From positions 36,896 to 100,895 of the forward strand of contig JAYUGJ010000121.1 in NCBI GenBank assembly GCA_043738425.1: a stretch of 64,000 nucleotides of DNA, in the 5' to 3' direction. Shown here piece by piece: positions 1 to 9,243 of the stretch. The translations under genes and the position numbers were made by a program. Under the pieces are notes generated by a model that saw nothing but the letters and a program-made list of their open reading frames with translations, had not been told where the DNA came from and ran no database searches. Source of the stretch: Burkholderiales bacterium (GTDB taxonomy: Bacteria; Pseudomonadota; Gammaproteobacteria; Burkholderiales; Burkholderiaceae_C). Position 1 is the stretch's first letter, and each line of letters starts with the position of its first letter.

Positions 1-1405
1 GCCGCTGTCGCGGGCCCAACATCCGAAACAGTTTTTGGTGCTGCACGGGAATCGCAGCTTGTTTCAGCAAGCCGCTGGCCGCGTGTGCGCGCTGGCTGCC
101 GATGACATCTCACTGCGTGCAGCCTGTGTGGTGGGCAACGAAGAGCATCGCTTCGTGGTGCTCGACCAGTGGCGTGAAATCAACCTGCCTGCAGCCGCAC
201 TGCTGCTCGAGCCGATGGGCCGCAACACCGCGCCGGCCATGACGCTGGCCGCGCTGCACGCAATGGAAGGCGGTGACGATCCGGTGCTCGTGGTCACCCC
301 GGCCGACCAAACGGTGACCGACGAAGCCGCATTCAAAGCGGCGTTGCAAACCGCCATTCGGGCAGCTGCCAGCGGCTCATTCGTCATCTTGGGCGTGCCA
401 CCGGATCGGCCGGAAACCGGTTTCGGCTACATCCAGACCGACACTAAAGACCCGGCACCGGCCCGCCGAGTGGCCAGCTTCGTAGAAAAACCCGACCACG
501 CCACCGCGCAGCGCTACCTGCTGGACGGCCGCTATTTTTGGAACAGCGGCATCTTCGTGGTGCGCGCCTCGACCTGGCTTGCCGCACTGGCCCGCCTGCG
601 TCCCGACATCGAAAGCGCCACCCGCAGCGCATGGGCAACGCGGCACACCGACGCGGCTTTCGTGCGCCCCGACAAAGACAAATTTGCGCTCATTCCAAGT
701 GAATCGATCGACTACGCGGTGATGGAAAAGTGCGCCGGTGGCACCGACCACCCGGTGCAGATGGTGCCGCTGCACGCCGGCTGGTCCGACTTGGGTGCGT
801 GGGACGCGGTGTGGCAAGTCCGCGAGAAAGACGCAGCCGGAAACGCCAGCGTGGGCGACGCGCTGGTGCGCGACAGCAGCAACACGCTGGTCCACGCCAC
901 CAGCCGCCTGGTCGGCGTGGTCGGGTTGGACAACGTGGTGGTGGTCGAGACGCCCGATGCGGTGCTGGTGATCGACCGCAGCCGCGCGCAAGAGGTCAAG
1001 CAAATCGTCAACCAATTGCAAGCTGCGGGCCGCACCGAACATTCGCTGCACCGCCTGGTTCACCGGCCGTGGGGTTGGTACGACAGCATCGATGCGGGGG
1101 CGCGGTTCCAGGTCAAACGCATCTTGGTCAAGCCGGGCGCGTCGTTGAGCCTGCAAAAACACCACCACCGCGCCGAGCACTGGATCGTGGTGCGCGGCAC
1201 CGCCGAGGTCACCAACGGCGACCAGGTCATCTTGCTGACCGAAAACCAAAGCACCTACATCCCGCTGGGCCAGGTGCACCGCTTGGCCAACCCCGGCAAG
1301 GTGCCGCTGGAAATCATTGAAGTGCAATCGGGCAGCTACCTCGGCGAAGACGACATCGTGCGCTTCGACGACACCTACGGTCGGGTCGCCGCTGCGGCTG
1401 GCTGA
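1..1405 (+). CDS. manC: mannose-1-phosphate guanylyltransferase / mannose-6-phosphate isomerase (bifunctional, type II PMI); 5-prime end lies outside the window
   Basis: The frame is open from the window edge: PLSRAQHPKQFLVLHG precedes the TTG at 35. Nucleotidyltransferase motifs GFGYIQ, FVEKPD and YFWNSGIFV are present. The C-terminal cupin/PMI block is RPWGWYDSID...LQKHHHRAEHWIVVRGTAEV. Confidence 0.85.
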   Translation, partial: PLSRAQHPKQFLVLHGNRSLFQQAAGRVCALAADDISLRAACVVGNEEHRFVVLDQWREINLPAAALLLEPMGRNTAPAMTLAALHAMEGGDDPVLVVTPADQTVTDEAAFKAALQTAIRAAASGSFVILGVPPDRPETGFGYIQTDTKDPAPARRVASFVEKPDHATAQRYLLDGRYFWNSGIFVVRASTWLAALARLRPDIESATRSAWATRHTDAAFVRPDKDKFALIPSESIDYAVMEKCAGGTDHPVQMVPLHAGWSDLGAWDAVWQVREKDAAGNASVGDALVRDSSNTLVHATSRLVGVVGLDNVVVVETPDAVLVIDRSRAQEVKQIVNQLQAAGRTEHSLHRLVHRPWGWYDSIDAGARFQVKRILVKPGASLSLQKHHHRAEHWIVVRGTAEVTNGDQVILLTENQSTYIPLGQVHRLANPGKVPLEIIEVQSGSYLGEDDIVRFDDTYGRVAAAAG

Positions 1406-1519
1406 CGCGACGCGCGCCACACGCACCACGCCGCAGCGCCGTCGCAGCGCTGCCGCTTTGCTGAGCCCCAGCTACGCTCCACCAACGCACCACCTCACAC
1501 CAGCGCGCCACATCACTTT

Positions 1520-2851
1520 ATGAAAATCACCGTCATCGGTACCGGCTACGTCGGCTTGGTCAGCGGCGCTTGCCTCGCTGAAATGGGCAACCACGTGATG
1601 TGTGTCGACGTCGATGCGGCCAAGATCGACCTGCTCAACGGCGGCGGCATGCCGATCCACGAGCCCGGTTTACACGACCTGGTCGAGCGCAACCGCGCGG
1701 CCGGCCGGTTGCAGTTCACCACCGACACCATCGCTGCGGTGAACCACGGCACGCTGCAATTCATCGGTGTGGGCACGCCGCCCGACGAAGACGGTTCCGC
1801 CGATCTGCAATATGTGCTGGAGGCTGCGCGCAATGTCGGTCGGCACATGACCGACTACAAAGTCGTCATCGACAAAAGCACGGTGCCGGTGGGCACCGGT
1901 GCCCGGGTCAAAGCCGCCGTGGCAGAAGAGCTGGCGCGCCGCGGCTTGACGATGGAATTCGCGGTGGTGTCGAACCCGGAGTTTTTGAAAGAAGGCGCGG
2001 CCATCGAAGACTTCATGCGACCCGACCGCATCGTCATCGGCGCCGACGATGACCGCGCGGTGTGGCTGATGCGTGCGCTGTATTCACCGTTTTTGCGCAA
2101 TCACGACCGGCTGCTGGTGATGGATGTGAAAAGCGCCGAATTCACCAAGTACGCCGCCAACGCGATGCTCGCCACCCGCATCAGCTTCATGAATGAGTTG
2201 GCCTTGCTGGCCGAGAAAGTCGGTGCCGACATCGAGCTGGTGCGCAAAGGCATCGGCAGTGATCCGCGCATCGGCTACCACTTTTTGTACGCCGGCGCGG
2301 GCTACGGCGGCTCGTGCTTTCCGAAAGACGTCAAAGCCCTGGTGACCACCGCGCGCGCGGCCGGCGTCGAGTTGCAGGTGCTGCAAGCCGTCGAGGCCGC
2401 CAACGAGCGGCAAAAGCACGTGCTCGTCGACAAGGTGGTGGCGCGCTTCGGTGCCGATCTCACCGGCCGCCATTTCGCGGTCTGGGGGCTGGCCTTCAAG
2501 CCGAACACCGACGACATGCGCGAGGCACCCAGCCGCGTCGTCATCAGCGAATTGCTGCGCCGCGGTGCCAGCATCACCGGCTACGACCCGGTGGCCATGC
2601 CCGAGGCTGAACGGGTGTTTGCCGGCGTCAGCGGAATTCGATTCGCCAGCAGCCAGGCGCAGGCACTGACGGGTGCCGACGCGTTGCTGATCGTCACCGA
2701 TTGGAAGGAATTTCGCAGCCCCGACTTCGACGCCATCAAAGCCGCGCTGAAGCAGCCGGTGGTGATCGACGGCCGCAATTTGTATGAGCCGGCGTTGATG
2801 GCCACGCTGGGCATCGAATACAGCGGCATCGGCCGCAACGGCCCGGCCTGA
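1520..2851 (+). CDS. ugd: UDP-glucose 6-dehydrogenase
   Basis: 443 aa. It has the Rossmann N-terminus [20 protein letters not shown], the catalytic GGSCFPKD motif, and typical length and layout for the UDP-glucose/GDP-mannose dehydrogenase family. Confidence 0.9.
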   Translation: MKITVIGTGYVGLVSGACLAEMGNHVMCVDVDAAKIDLLNGGGMPIHEPGLHDLVERNRAAGRLQFTTDTIAAVNHGTLQFIGVGTPPDEDGSADLQYVLEAARNVGRHMTDYKVVIDKSTVPVGTGARVKAAVAEELARRGLTMEFAVVSNPEFLKEGAAIEDFMRPDRIVIGADDDRAVWLMRALYSPFLRNHDRLLVMDVKSAEFTKYAANAMLATRISFMNELALLAEKVGADIELVRKGIGSDPRIGYHFLYAGAGYGGSCFPKDVKALVTTARAAGVELQVLQAVEAANERQKHVLVDKVVARFGADLTGRHFAVWGLAFKPNTDDMREAPSRVVISELLRRGASITGYDPVAMPEAERVFAGVSGIRFASSQAQALTGADALLIVTDWKEFRSPDFDAIKAALKQPVVIDGRNLYEPALMATLGIEYSGIGRNGPA

Positions 2852-2863
2852 GCGCACGCAGCT

Positions 2864-2881
2864 GGCACGCGTCGGCGTGCC
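2864..2881. terminator. possible hairpin between the convergent ugd and epsI-like genes
   Basis: GGCACGC-gtcg-GCGTGCC forms a perfect 7-bp stem. There is no T-tract on either side, so terminator function is only a possibility. Confidence 0.25.
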
Positions 2882-2890
2882 CGCAAACGG

Positions 2891-3598
2891 TCAACTGCCG
2901 TCGACCCGTGCGCCCAGGCCGCTCAGGCGGCGCCTGCTTTCAATGGGTACGGCGCCCAGCAGGTCTTTGACGAACGCGTCGTGCATGGCGTAAGCCTGCT
3001 CCGGGTTGTCGTCGATCGATGACACCCGAAACAGCAATCCATCTGGAATTTGGCCGGTCAGGCCGAGCTTCATTTCAACGATGCGTTGTTGCAGCTTGTT
3101 TTTGATCGCGGTGTCACCAACCGCGAACCAGTAGGTGACCGGTTCCTTGCGCGTACCCTGGCTGGTGGCCATGCTGGTATTGAGCCGTTTGGCCGCAATG
3201 CCGCCAAACGGTGTCGACACCTCGGTTTCGGTCAGCGACTGCAAAGTGAAGCCCTGCGCGGGGTAACAAATCTCTGGCTTGTGCGCCGCCAAACCACCGC
3301 GCTGGTCGTCGCCATAGGCCAGCGACAGCATGATGCGGTAGCCCTGCGGGTTGACGTAGGTGCGGCTCAGCAGCTGGCTGTACAGCTTGTCGAGCAATTC
3401 CTTGGTTTGCGGATTGACCACCTGCGCGCCCTGATCGGGCAACTGCTTCCAGGCGGCAAACTGCAGTGGAACCGCAGCGTCGAGCACGAACTTCGGACCG
3501 GTAGCAGATGATTTCGCAGCCGGCCTGGCGGCCACTCCGGCCACCGAAACCAGCCCCATCAGTACCGACAAAACAATCGAGGCGGTAAGCGTTTTCAT
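2891..3598 (-). CDS. EpsI family protein (exosortase-associated)
   Basis: The internal ATG at 3598 gives MKTLTASIVLSVLMGLVSVAGVAA (signal/TM). Family-like blocks are HKPEICYPAQGF, VTYWFAVGD and GLLFRVSS. The longer 315-aa track ORF has an Arg/Cys-rich, non-protein-like N-terminus. Confidence 0.6.
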   Translation of the reverse strand: MKTLTASIVLSVLMGLVSVAGVAARPAAKSSATGPKFVLDAAVPLQFAAWKQLPDQGAQVVNPQTKELLDKLYSQLLSRTYVNPQGYRIMLSLAYGDDQRGGLAAHKPEICYPAQGFTLQSLTETEVSTPFGGIAAKRLNTSMATSQGTRKEPVTYWFAVGDTAIKNKLQQRIVEMKLGLTGQIPDGLLFRVSSIDDNPEQAYAMHDAFVKDLLGAVPIESRRRLSGLGARVDGS

Positions 3599-4201
3599 GG
3601 TGCACGCACGGCGGGTTTGAGAACGCTTGAGTTTACGTGTCGCGTCGTGCATCACCTCGCCGGATAACGCGCCCGCAGTTCGATCAAGCGTGCGAAAAGC
3701 ACACCCTGTGCGGTGCCGCGCGATGCACGCCGCCACCTGCCGCAACAGTTGGTGAACCCGCGGGCCTCGCGGGGGGAACCGACACCGTCGCCGGCACCAC
3801 AAACGGCGAGCGGATCCGAACGGGTCGCACAGCAACATTTACTTGCATCAAACACGCAACCTGCGCGTGTGGCCGGCCTCAAGAAAGGGCGGGTGAGAGT
3901 CGATAAGACCGTGTGTAGAGGCCGAACGCGTGTTGCTTGTGTGTTCGGTGTGCAAGTAGAAAAATGATCCTGTGGGCATTGCTCACAGCCATACCGACGA
4001 TGTCGGTGTGTCCGCAGTTCATCAGTCAACCGCAGTGGGTTGGCGAGCCATCGTTGTTTGGACCACCGTGGGGCGTGTGCACGAGCAGCCAGCCACACCG
4101 CCCACCGCCGTTGGGTAGTCCGAGCCACGCGAGCCGCGGACCGACTGCCATTGCGCGGATTTGCGTATGTCGCGCCAACTTTTCGCTGTGGAAGATGCTT
4201 T

Positions 4202-6418
4202 ATGAATGAATCAATCAAACTTTCAATCGCCGCCTGTTTGCTGGGTGCCAGCAGCGCCTGGGCGATGGCACCCGACGGCGACGCGACGCGGCCTTCCGGG
4301 CCGGACGTTTCTGATGCAACCGCGGTGGACGCAGCCTCGGTTCACGCACTGCCAGTCGACGCATCCCGGCGTGAATCGCGGTCGGAAGATTCGGTCTTGC
4401 AAGACGCCCCGCCTGCAGCAGGAAGCACGACCTTCAAATTCAAGGGCAAAACTTTTTCGAACACCGCATGCGCGCCTGAAGGTGCCACTTGCCAGGTGTC
4501 GGCAGGCACTACCGTGGCATACGGAGCCAAAGGCTCGTACGCCGTGCGCAACGTGGCCGCTGGCACCTTTGGCTGCAACAACGCCGTGTTCGGCGACCCG
4601 GTCTACGGCTCGGTGAAAGCGTGTTTCGTGATGGTGGCACCGTCGACCGTGGCAGCGGCTTCGACCCCTGCAGCAGCGGTGCCGGCCGCATCGACCAGCC
4701 CCGCCCCAACGGCGACCCGCACGGTAGCTGGCACCGTGGTGGCCACCCTGCCCGCCACGCCGGTACCGGTCAACGCAACCCCTAACGCCAAGCCGCTGAG
4801 CGCAGCCGAAACGGCCTCGCCAGCACAGATTGAAGCGGCCCGTTTTCTGGTGCAGGCCACTTACGGCGCGACCATGAGCGACATCAATTCGGTCGCGCAA
4901 ACCGGTCCGAAAGCGTGGATGGAACGCCAGTTCGTGACGCCGCCGATGGACAGCCATTGGGCCTATGTGATGGAGCGCAAGGGGCCGATTGGTTGCACCG
5001 TGTGCGACGCGGCCCACAACAACGCAGTGATGGAGAGCTTTTGGCTGCAGGCGGTGCAAGGGCCCGACCAGTTGCGCCAGCGCACGGTGTTGGCACTCAG
5101 CGAGATATTCGTGGTCAGTACCGAAGGCACCTCGAAGGGTCACTTGAAAGACGCGAACGCGGCCTACCTTGATTTGCTGTCGCGCAACGCATTCGGCAAC
5201 TACCGTACCTTGCTGGAACAAGTGGCACTGAGTCCGACGATGGGCTCGTATTTGTCGCACATCAAAAACCTCAAGGAAGACCCGGTGACCGGCAGGTTGC
5301 CCGATGAAAACTTTGCGCGCGAAATCATGCAGCTGTTTTCGATCGGGCTGTGGGAACTGAACAGCGACGGCAGCCGCAAAAAGGATGCCGGCGGCAGCGA
5401 CATCCCGACCTACGGTCAAGCCGACGTGATGGGCATGGCCAAGGTGTTCACCGGCTGGAGCTGGGGCAACGGCAACTTCGAATGGGGTGTCGTGTGCGAC
5501 ATGAACGATTGCTTGTTTCCATTCAACCAACCGATGCGGATGTACCCACAGTTCCACAGCAGCAGCGAAAAACGCATCGTGCGCGGGGTAGTCATTGCGG
5601 CCAATACGTCGGGCGAACAAAGCCTGAAGATCGCACTCGACACGTTGGCCAACCACCCGAACGTCGGCCCGTTTTTTGGCAGCTTGCTCATCAAGCGGTT
5701 CGTCACCAGCAACCCGAGCCCGGCGTATGTATCGCGTGTCAGCGCAGCATTCAACGACAACGGTGCGGGCGTGCGGGGCGACATGAAAACGGTGCTCAAA
5801 GCGGTGTTGCTCGACCCGGAAGCGCGCGACCCCGCGAAGGTGACCGACCGCAATTGGGGCAAGTTGCGAGAGCCGCTGGTGCGCTATGCCAACTTCATGC
5901 GCACGTTCGACGTGAAGTCCAACAGTGGCAAATACCGACTCTGGAATCTGGAAGACCCGGTGTCGAGCATCGGCCAAAACCCGCTGCGCGCACCCAGTGT
6001 TTTCAACTGGTACCGCGCCGACTACGCGCCACCCGGTGAGGTGTTGAGCCGTGGCATGGTCGCTCCCGAGTTTGCGATCACCCACGAAACCACCACCACC
6101 GGTTACACCAACTTCATCGTCGACGTGGCGGCGCGCCAAACCACCTACTACCGCGACAACGTGGCCAAAAATTGGGGACCGATTACCGATTACCTGGCCA
6201 CCGACTACGCCGCCGAGTTGCCCTTGGCGGCCAACCCGGCCGCCTTGGTCGAGCGTTTGAACCTGGTGTTGGCGGCGGGACGCATGAGTGCGACTACCAA
6301 GCAAACATTGCTGGATGCGATCAACTCCATCCCTCTTTCGGCGACATCGGCAAACGCACGGGTCGCCACCGCGGTTGCATTGACGATGGTGTCACCCGAC
6401 TACATCGTTCAAAAATAG
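4202..6418 (+). CDS. DUF1800 domain-containing secreted protein with an extra N-terminal Cys-containing domain
   Basis: The ATG at 4202 gives the signal peptide MNESIKLSIAACLLGASSAWA. DUF1800-like blocks are MESFWLQAV, MGSYLSHIKN and PDENFAREIMQLFSIGLWELN. It is followed 9 nt later by its usual DUF1501 partner. Confidence 0.8.
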   Translation: MNESIKLSIAACLLGASSAWAMAPDGDATRPSGPDVSDATAVDAASVHALPVDASRRESRSEDSVLQDAPPAAGSTTFKFKGKTFSNTACAPEGATCQVSAGTTVAYGAKGSYAVRNVAAGTFGCNNAVFGDPVYGSVKACFVMVAPSTVAAASTPAAAVPAASTSPAPTATRTVAGTVVATLPATPVPVNATPNAKPLSAAETASPAQIEAARFLVQATYGATMSDINSVAQTGPKAWMERQFVTPPMDSHWAYVMERKGPIGCTVCDAAHNNAVMESFWLQAVQGPDQLRQRTVLALSEIFVVSTEGTSKGHLKDANAAYLDLLSRNAFGNYRTLLEQVALSPTMGSYLSHIKNLKEDPVTGRLPDENFAREIMQLFSIGLWELNSDGSRKKDAGGSDIPTYGQADVMGMAKVFTGWSWGNGNFEWGVVCDMNDCLFPFNQPMRMYPQFHSSSEKRIVRGVVIAANTSGEQSLKIALDTLANHPNVGPFFGSLLIKRFVTSNPSPAYVSRVSAAFNDNGAGVRGDMKTVLKAVLLDPEARDPAKVTDRNWGKLREPLVRYANFMRTFDVKSNSGKYRLWNLEDPVSSIGQNPLRAPSVFNWYRADYAPPGEVLSRGMVAPEFAITHETTTTGYTNFIVDVAARQTTYYRDNVAKNWGPITDYLATDYAAELPLAANPAALVERLNLVLAAGRMSATTKQTLLDAINSIPLSATSANARVATAVALTMVSPDYIVQK

Positions 6419-6427
6419 GAAGCTGAC

Positions 6428-7804
6428 ATGAAACACACATTCGGCCTCGCAGCGCGCAGGCAATTTCTCAGGCAGTCGGCGGCCATGACCGCCCTCGCGG
6501 GTTCGCCTTTTGCGGCCAACATGCTGGCGATGGGCGCTGCCAGTGCGCAGCAGGCCACCGACTACAAAGCGCTGGTGTGCGTCTACCTGAACGGCGGCAA
6601 CGACCAGTCCAACACCTTGGTGCCTACTGGCACCGCGGAATACGAGGCGTACCGCAAATCGCGACCCACGCTGGCGTTGCCCAAAGAGCAATTGCTGTCG
6701 CTGTCGCCCACCGACTGGGCCGGCACCGGCTTGGCATTGAATGGCGCGATGACCGGCTTGAAAGGTTTATTCGATCAAGGCAAGGTAGCGGCGTTGGCCA
6801 ACGTCGGCACGCTGACTGCACCGACCACACAGGCTGACTTTTTTAGCGGCCGCATGCGCGGTCCGTTTCAGTTGTTTTCGCACGCCGACCAACAAGGCGC
6901 GTGGCAAACCGGGCTGCCGGACCGACCATCATCCACCGGCTGGTTCGGCCGCATCGGCGACCTCACTGCAAGCGCCTTCAATCCCGGCAGCGGCGTTTCC
7001 ATCGCGATGTCGGTAGCGGGCAACAACCTGCTGCAATCCGGCAACGGCACTATTCAATACCAGCTGACGACCCAAGGCGCGGTGAAAGTCTCGGCGCTCG
7101 ACAACATGAACGGCAGCAGCGCGGCCGGCGCGGCGCTGCGCAAACTCACCACCCAGCCGCAGGCCGGCACGATGTTCGAAAACGAGTTGTCCAAAGTCTC
7201 GGCGCGGGCGATCGCGGCAGAAACGCTGGTGCGCAGCTCACTGGCCGCAACCAGCGTCGCCACGGCGTTTCCGGCCACTGACATCGGCAGGCAGCTGCAA
7301 ATGGTCGCCCGCATGGTCGCCGCGCGTGGCCCGCTCGCGCAGAAACGGCAGCTCTTTTTTGTGCAACTCAACGGCTTCGACATGCATGACGACCTGGTGG
7401 CGGGCCAGACGATCAAACTGAAGGAACTGTCGGACGCGATGAACGCGTTCTACCAGGCGACGGTGGCACTCGGCGTGGCGCGCAACGTCGTCACGTTCAC
7501 AGCCTCCGAGTTCGGCCGCGCGCTGCAAAGCAACGGACGCGGGGCGGACCACGGATGGGGCGCACACCACTTCATCATGGGCGACGCCGTGGTCGGCAAC
7601 CGCATCTACGGCAGCTTCCCGACGGTCACCTTGAAAGGGCCGGAGGACGCGGGTCAAGGCCGGCTGATTCCCACCACATCGGTCGACGAGTACGCCGCGA
7701 CCTTGGCGTCATGGTTCGGCGTATCGGACACCAATATGAAAACCGTGCTGCCCAACATCGATCGGTTCGCGCACCGCAACCTCGGCTTCCTGAACAAGGC
7801 GTGA
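6428..7804 (+). CDS. DUF1501 domain-containing protein (sulfatase-like fold, Tat signal)
   Basis: It has a twin-arginine leader (ARRQFLRQSAAMTALAGSPFAA). Family blocks are DYKALVCVYLNGGNDQSNTLVP, FDMHDD and ADHGWGAHHF. Confidence 0.85.
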   Translation: MKHTFGLAARRQFLRQSAAMTALAGSPFAANMLAMGAASAQQATDYKALVCVYLNGGNDQSNTLVPTGTAEYEAYRKSRPTLALPKEQLLSLSPTDWAGTGLALNGAMTGLKGLFDQGKVAALANVGTLTAPTTQADFFSGRMRGPFQLFSHADQQGAWQTGLPDRPSSTGWFGRIGDLTASAFNPGSGVSIAMSVAGNNLLQSGNGTIQYQLTTQGAVKVSALDNMNGSSAAGAALRKLTTQPQAGTMFENELSKVSARAIAAETLVRSSLAATSVATAFPATDIGRQLQMVARMVAARGPLAQKRQLFFVQLNGFDMHDDLVAGQTIKLKELSDAMNAFYQATVALGVARNVVTFTASEFGRALQSNGRGADHGWGAHHFIMGDAVVGNRIYGSFPTVTLKGPEDAGQGRLIPTTSVDEYAATLASWFGVSDTNMKTVLPNIDRFAHRNLGFLNKA

Positions 7805-7844
7805 AGGTGACCTGACCACCGTGCTGCATGCGCGGTGCAAAAAG

Positions 7845-7890
7845 CAAACCGCCCGACCAAACCACGGTTTGTTCGGGCGGTTTGTCTTTA
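7845..7890 (+). terminator. intrinsic terminator after the DUF1501 gene
   Basis: CAAACCGCCCGACCAAACC-acgg-TTTGTTCGGGCGGTTTG forms a long stem with one mismatch, followed by TCTTTA. Confidence 0.6.
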
Positions 7891-8081
7891 TGGCGAAGGA
7901 TGTTGCCGGTGCAGCGACTGCCGGCAGTGCGGTGGTGCGGCAGTGCGGTGGGTTCGCTGGGCGCAAGGCGGTGTGCGCGGCAGCGAGTCACTGGCGCAAC
8001 CGCGACAGGACCTGCTGGCTGAACCCGCAAGGCGCTGTTGTCGCCAGACGCGCCACGCCGGAAAAATCAAATGGGCAAGGA

Positions 8082-8157
8082 TGGTGGGTTGTGCGGGGCT
8101 CGAACCCACGACCTACGGATTAAAAGTCCGCTGCTCTACCAACTGAGCTAACAACCC
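8082..8157 (-). tRNA. tRNA-Lys (anticodon UUU)
   Basis: The reverse complement reads GGGTTGTTAGCTCAGTTGGTAGAGCAGCGGACTTTTAATCCGTAGGTCGTGGGTTCGAGCCCCGCACAACCCACCA. It is 76 nt with a 7-bp acceptor stem, a GGTTCGAG T-loop, the anticodon loop CTTTTAA, and an encoded CCA. Confidence 0.9.
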
Positions 8158-8272
8158 CTCGGAGGAACCCCGAAACCAGCCCAAGATTCTAGTATGAGTT
8201 TGCGCCCCGTAGGCTGAATCCACGCGTTGTCGATGCGCAGGGTTCCTGATGCGAACGGGCCGCAAAGAATCG

Positions 8273-8370
8273 CCCGCACGCACGCAATGACACACGCCTG
8301 CGCACACGCCCGCACACACGCCAGCACACGCGAACACACGCCCGCACACACCCGCACACGCCGACCGCAC
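8273..8370. repeat. imperfect CA/GC-rich tandem repeat (about 9 units of 10-12 nt, consensus GCCCGCACACAC)
   Basis: Read directly from the sequence: gcccgcacgcac gcaatgacacac gcctgcgcacac gcccgcacacac gccagcacac gcgaacacac gcccgcacacac ccgcacac gccgaccgcac. It is intergenic between tRNA-Lys and tcdA. Confidence 0.7.
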
Positions 8371-8421
8371 GGCGCGCTGGCCGACCTGGTTCGATACACC
8401 AGCGTGCTTGCTCGGCGGCCT

Positions 8422-9243
8422 TCACGCCGCGCCGCTGCGGCACAGCAGCATGCGTATCGCTGCACTGGCGGCCACCATGCCGAAGGTCGCTGTGACCGTC
8501 ACGCTCGAGCCATAGCCGTGGCAGTTGAGGTTGGCTTCGCTGCGCGGTGCGCCTTCACCGGCACCCGCAGCGGCGTTAGCCGGCGGCCGCACCGCTTCGC
8601 GCGAGTACACCGCCGTCACGCCGATGCGGCCGGTGCGCGCGGCACCGTGGTGCTGGCGCAGCCGCTGGCGCAGTGCCGCGAGCAGCGGATCGTGCGTGGT
8701 GTCGGCCAAATCGGCGACTTCGACCGCCTGCGGCTGCTGCTTGCCACCGGCCGCGCCCACGCTAACCAACGGCACGCGGCTGGCCAACGCCCACGCGGCC
8801 AGCACGGCTTTCGCGCGCACCTGATCACAGGCGTCGATCAACACATCGAGCGGATGGCTCAGCAAGCCAGGCCAGTTGTCGGCATCGACAAACTCTTCGA
8901 TCGGCCGCAGCACGCAACCCGGGTGGATATCGGCCAGCCGTTCGCACAGCGCCAGCGCTTTCGAGCGGCCCACGGTGAGGCCGCAGGCTTGGACCTGGCG
9001 GTTGATGTTGCCTTCGGAGACGTGATCGAGATCGATCAATGTCAACTCGGCCACACCGCTGCGCGCCAATGCTTCGGCAGCCCAAGAGCCGACTCCTCCC
9101 AAGCCGACCACCGCAGCGCGCGCACCGCGCAGTTGTGCGTAGGCCGCATCGCCATACAGACGCCGCAAACCACCAAAGCGGCGCTCCAGGTCGGCCTCAG
9201 ACCGCGCCGCGAACCGGTCGGCTGACGCGGCGTGGCTGCTCAT
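8422..9243 (-). CDS. tcdA: tRNA threonylcarbamoyladenosine dehydratase (ThiF/E1-like)
   Basis: Motif block: RFGGLRRLYGDAAYAQLRGARAAVVGLGGVGSWAAEALARSGVAELTLIDLDHVSEGNINRQ. The ATG at 9243 overlaps the cpoB stop (ATGA). Confidence 0.8.
   Translation of the reverse strand: MSSHAASADRFAARSEADLERRFGGLRRLYGDAAYAQLRGARAAVVGLGGVGSWAAEALARSGVAELTLIDLDHVSEGNINRQVQACGLTVGRSKALALCERLADIHPGCVLRPIEEFVDADNWPGLLSHPLDVLIDACDQVRAKAVLAAWALASRVPLVSVGAAGGKQQPQAVEVADLADTTHDPLLAALRQRLRQHHGAARTGRIGVTAVYSREAVRPPANAAAGAGEGAPRSEANLNCHGYGSSVTVTATFGMVAASAAIRMLLCRSGAA

Noticed and set aside
377-1429. Long antisense or out-of-frame ORFs in the track. Examples are 377-1429(-), 4223-6304(-), 8227-9225(+), 9039-10160(+), 21138-22229(+), 23082-24221(+), 24226-25281(+), 36316-37824(+), 37277-38848(-), 38976-40064(+), 45212-46891(+), 46913-47869(+) and 48035-49498(+).
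   Set aside because: They overlap confidently identified genes on the other strand or in another frame. Their translations are Arg/Ala/Gly/His-rich with no recognisable motifs, and they lack SD sequences. This is typical stop-codon-poor shadow behaviour of high-GC DNA.
3937-4209. A possible upstream small ORF (MILWALLTAIPTMSVC..., from ATG 3964) has a TGA overlapping the DUF1800 start by 8 nt.
   Set aside because: It has no SD, only moderate GC3 (about 70 percent by eye), and a Pro/Ser/Trp-rich tail that does not look like a folded protein. I keep it only as a remote possibility of a leader peptide.
7805-8421. tRNA-Lys as the border of an integrated genomic island.
   Set aside because: There is no integrase, no phage or conjugation genes, and no visible duplicate of the tRNA 3-prime end in the window. 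The flanking genes (DUF1501, tcdA, the tol-pal tail) are ordinary chromosomal genes. This cannot be fully excluded without a whole-genome repeat search.
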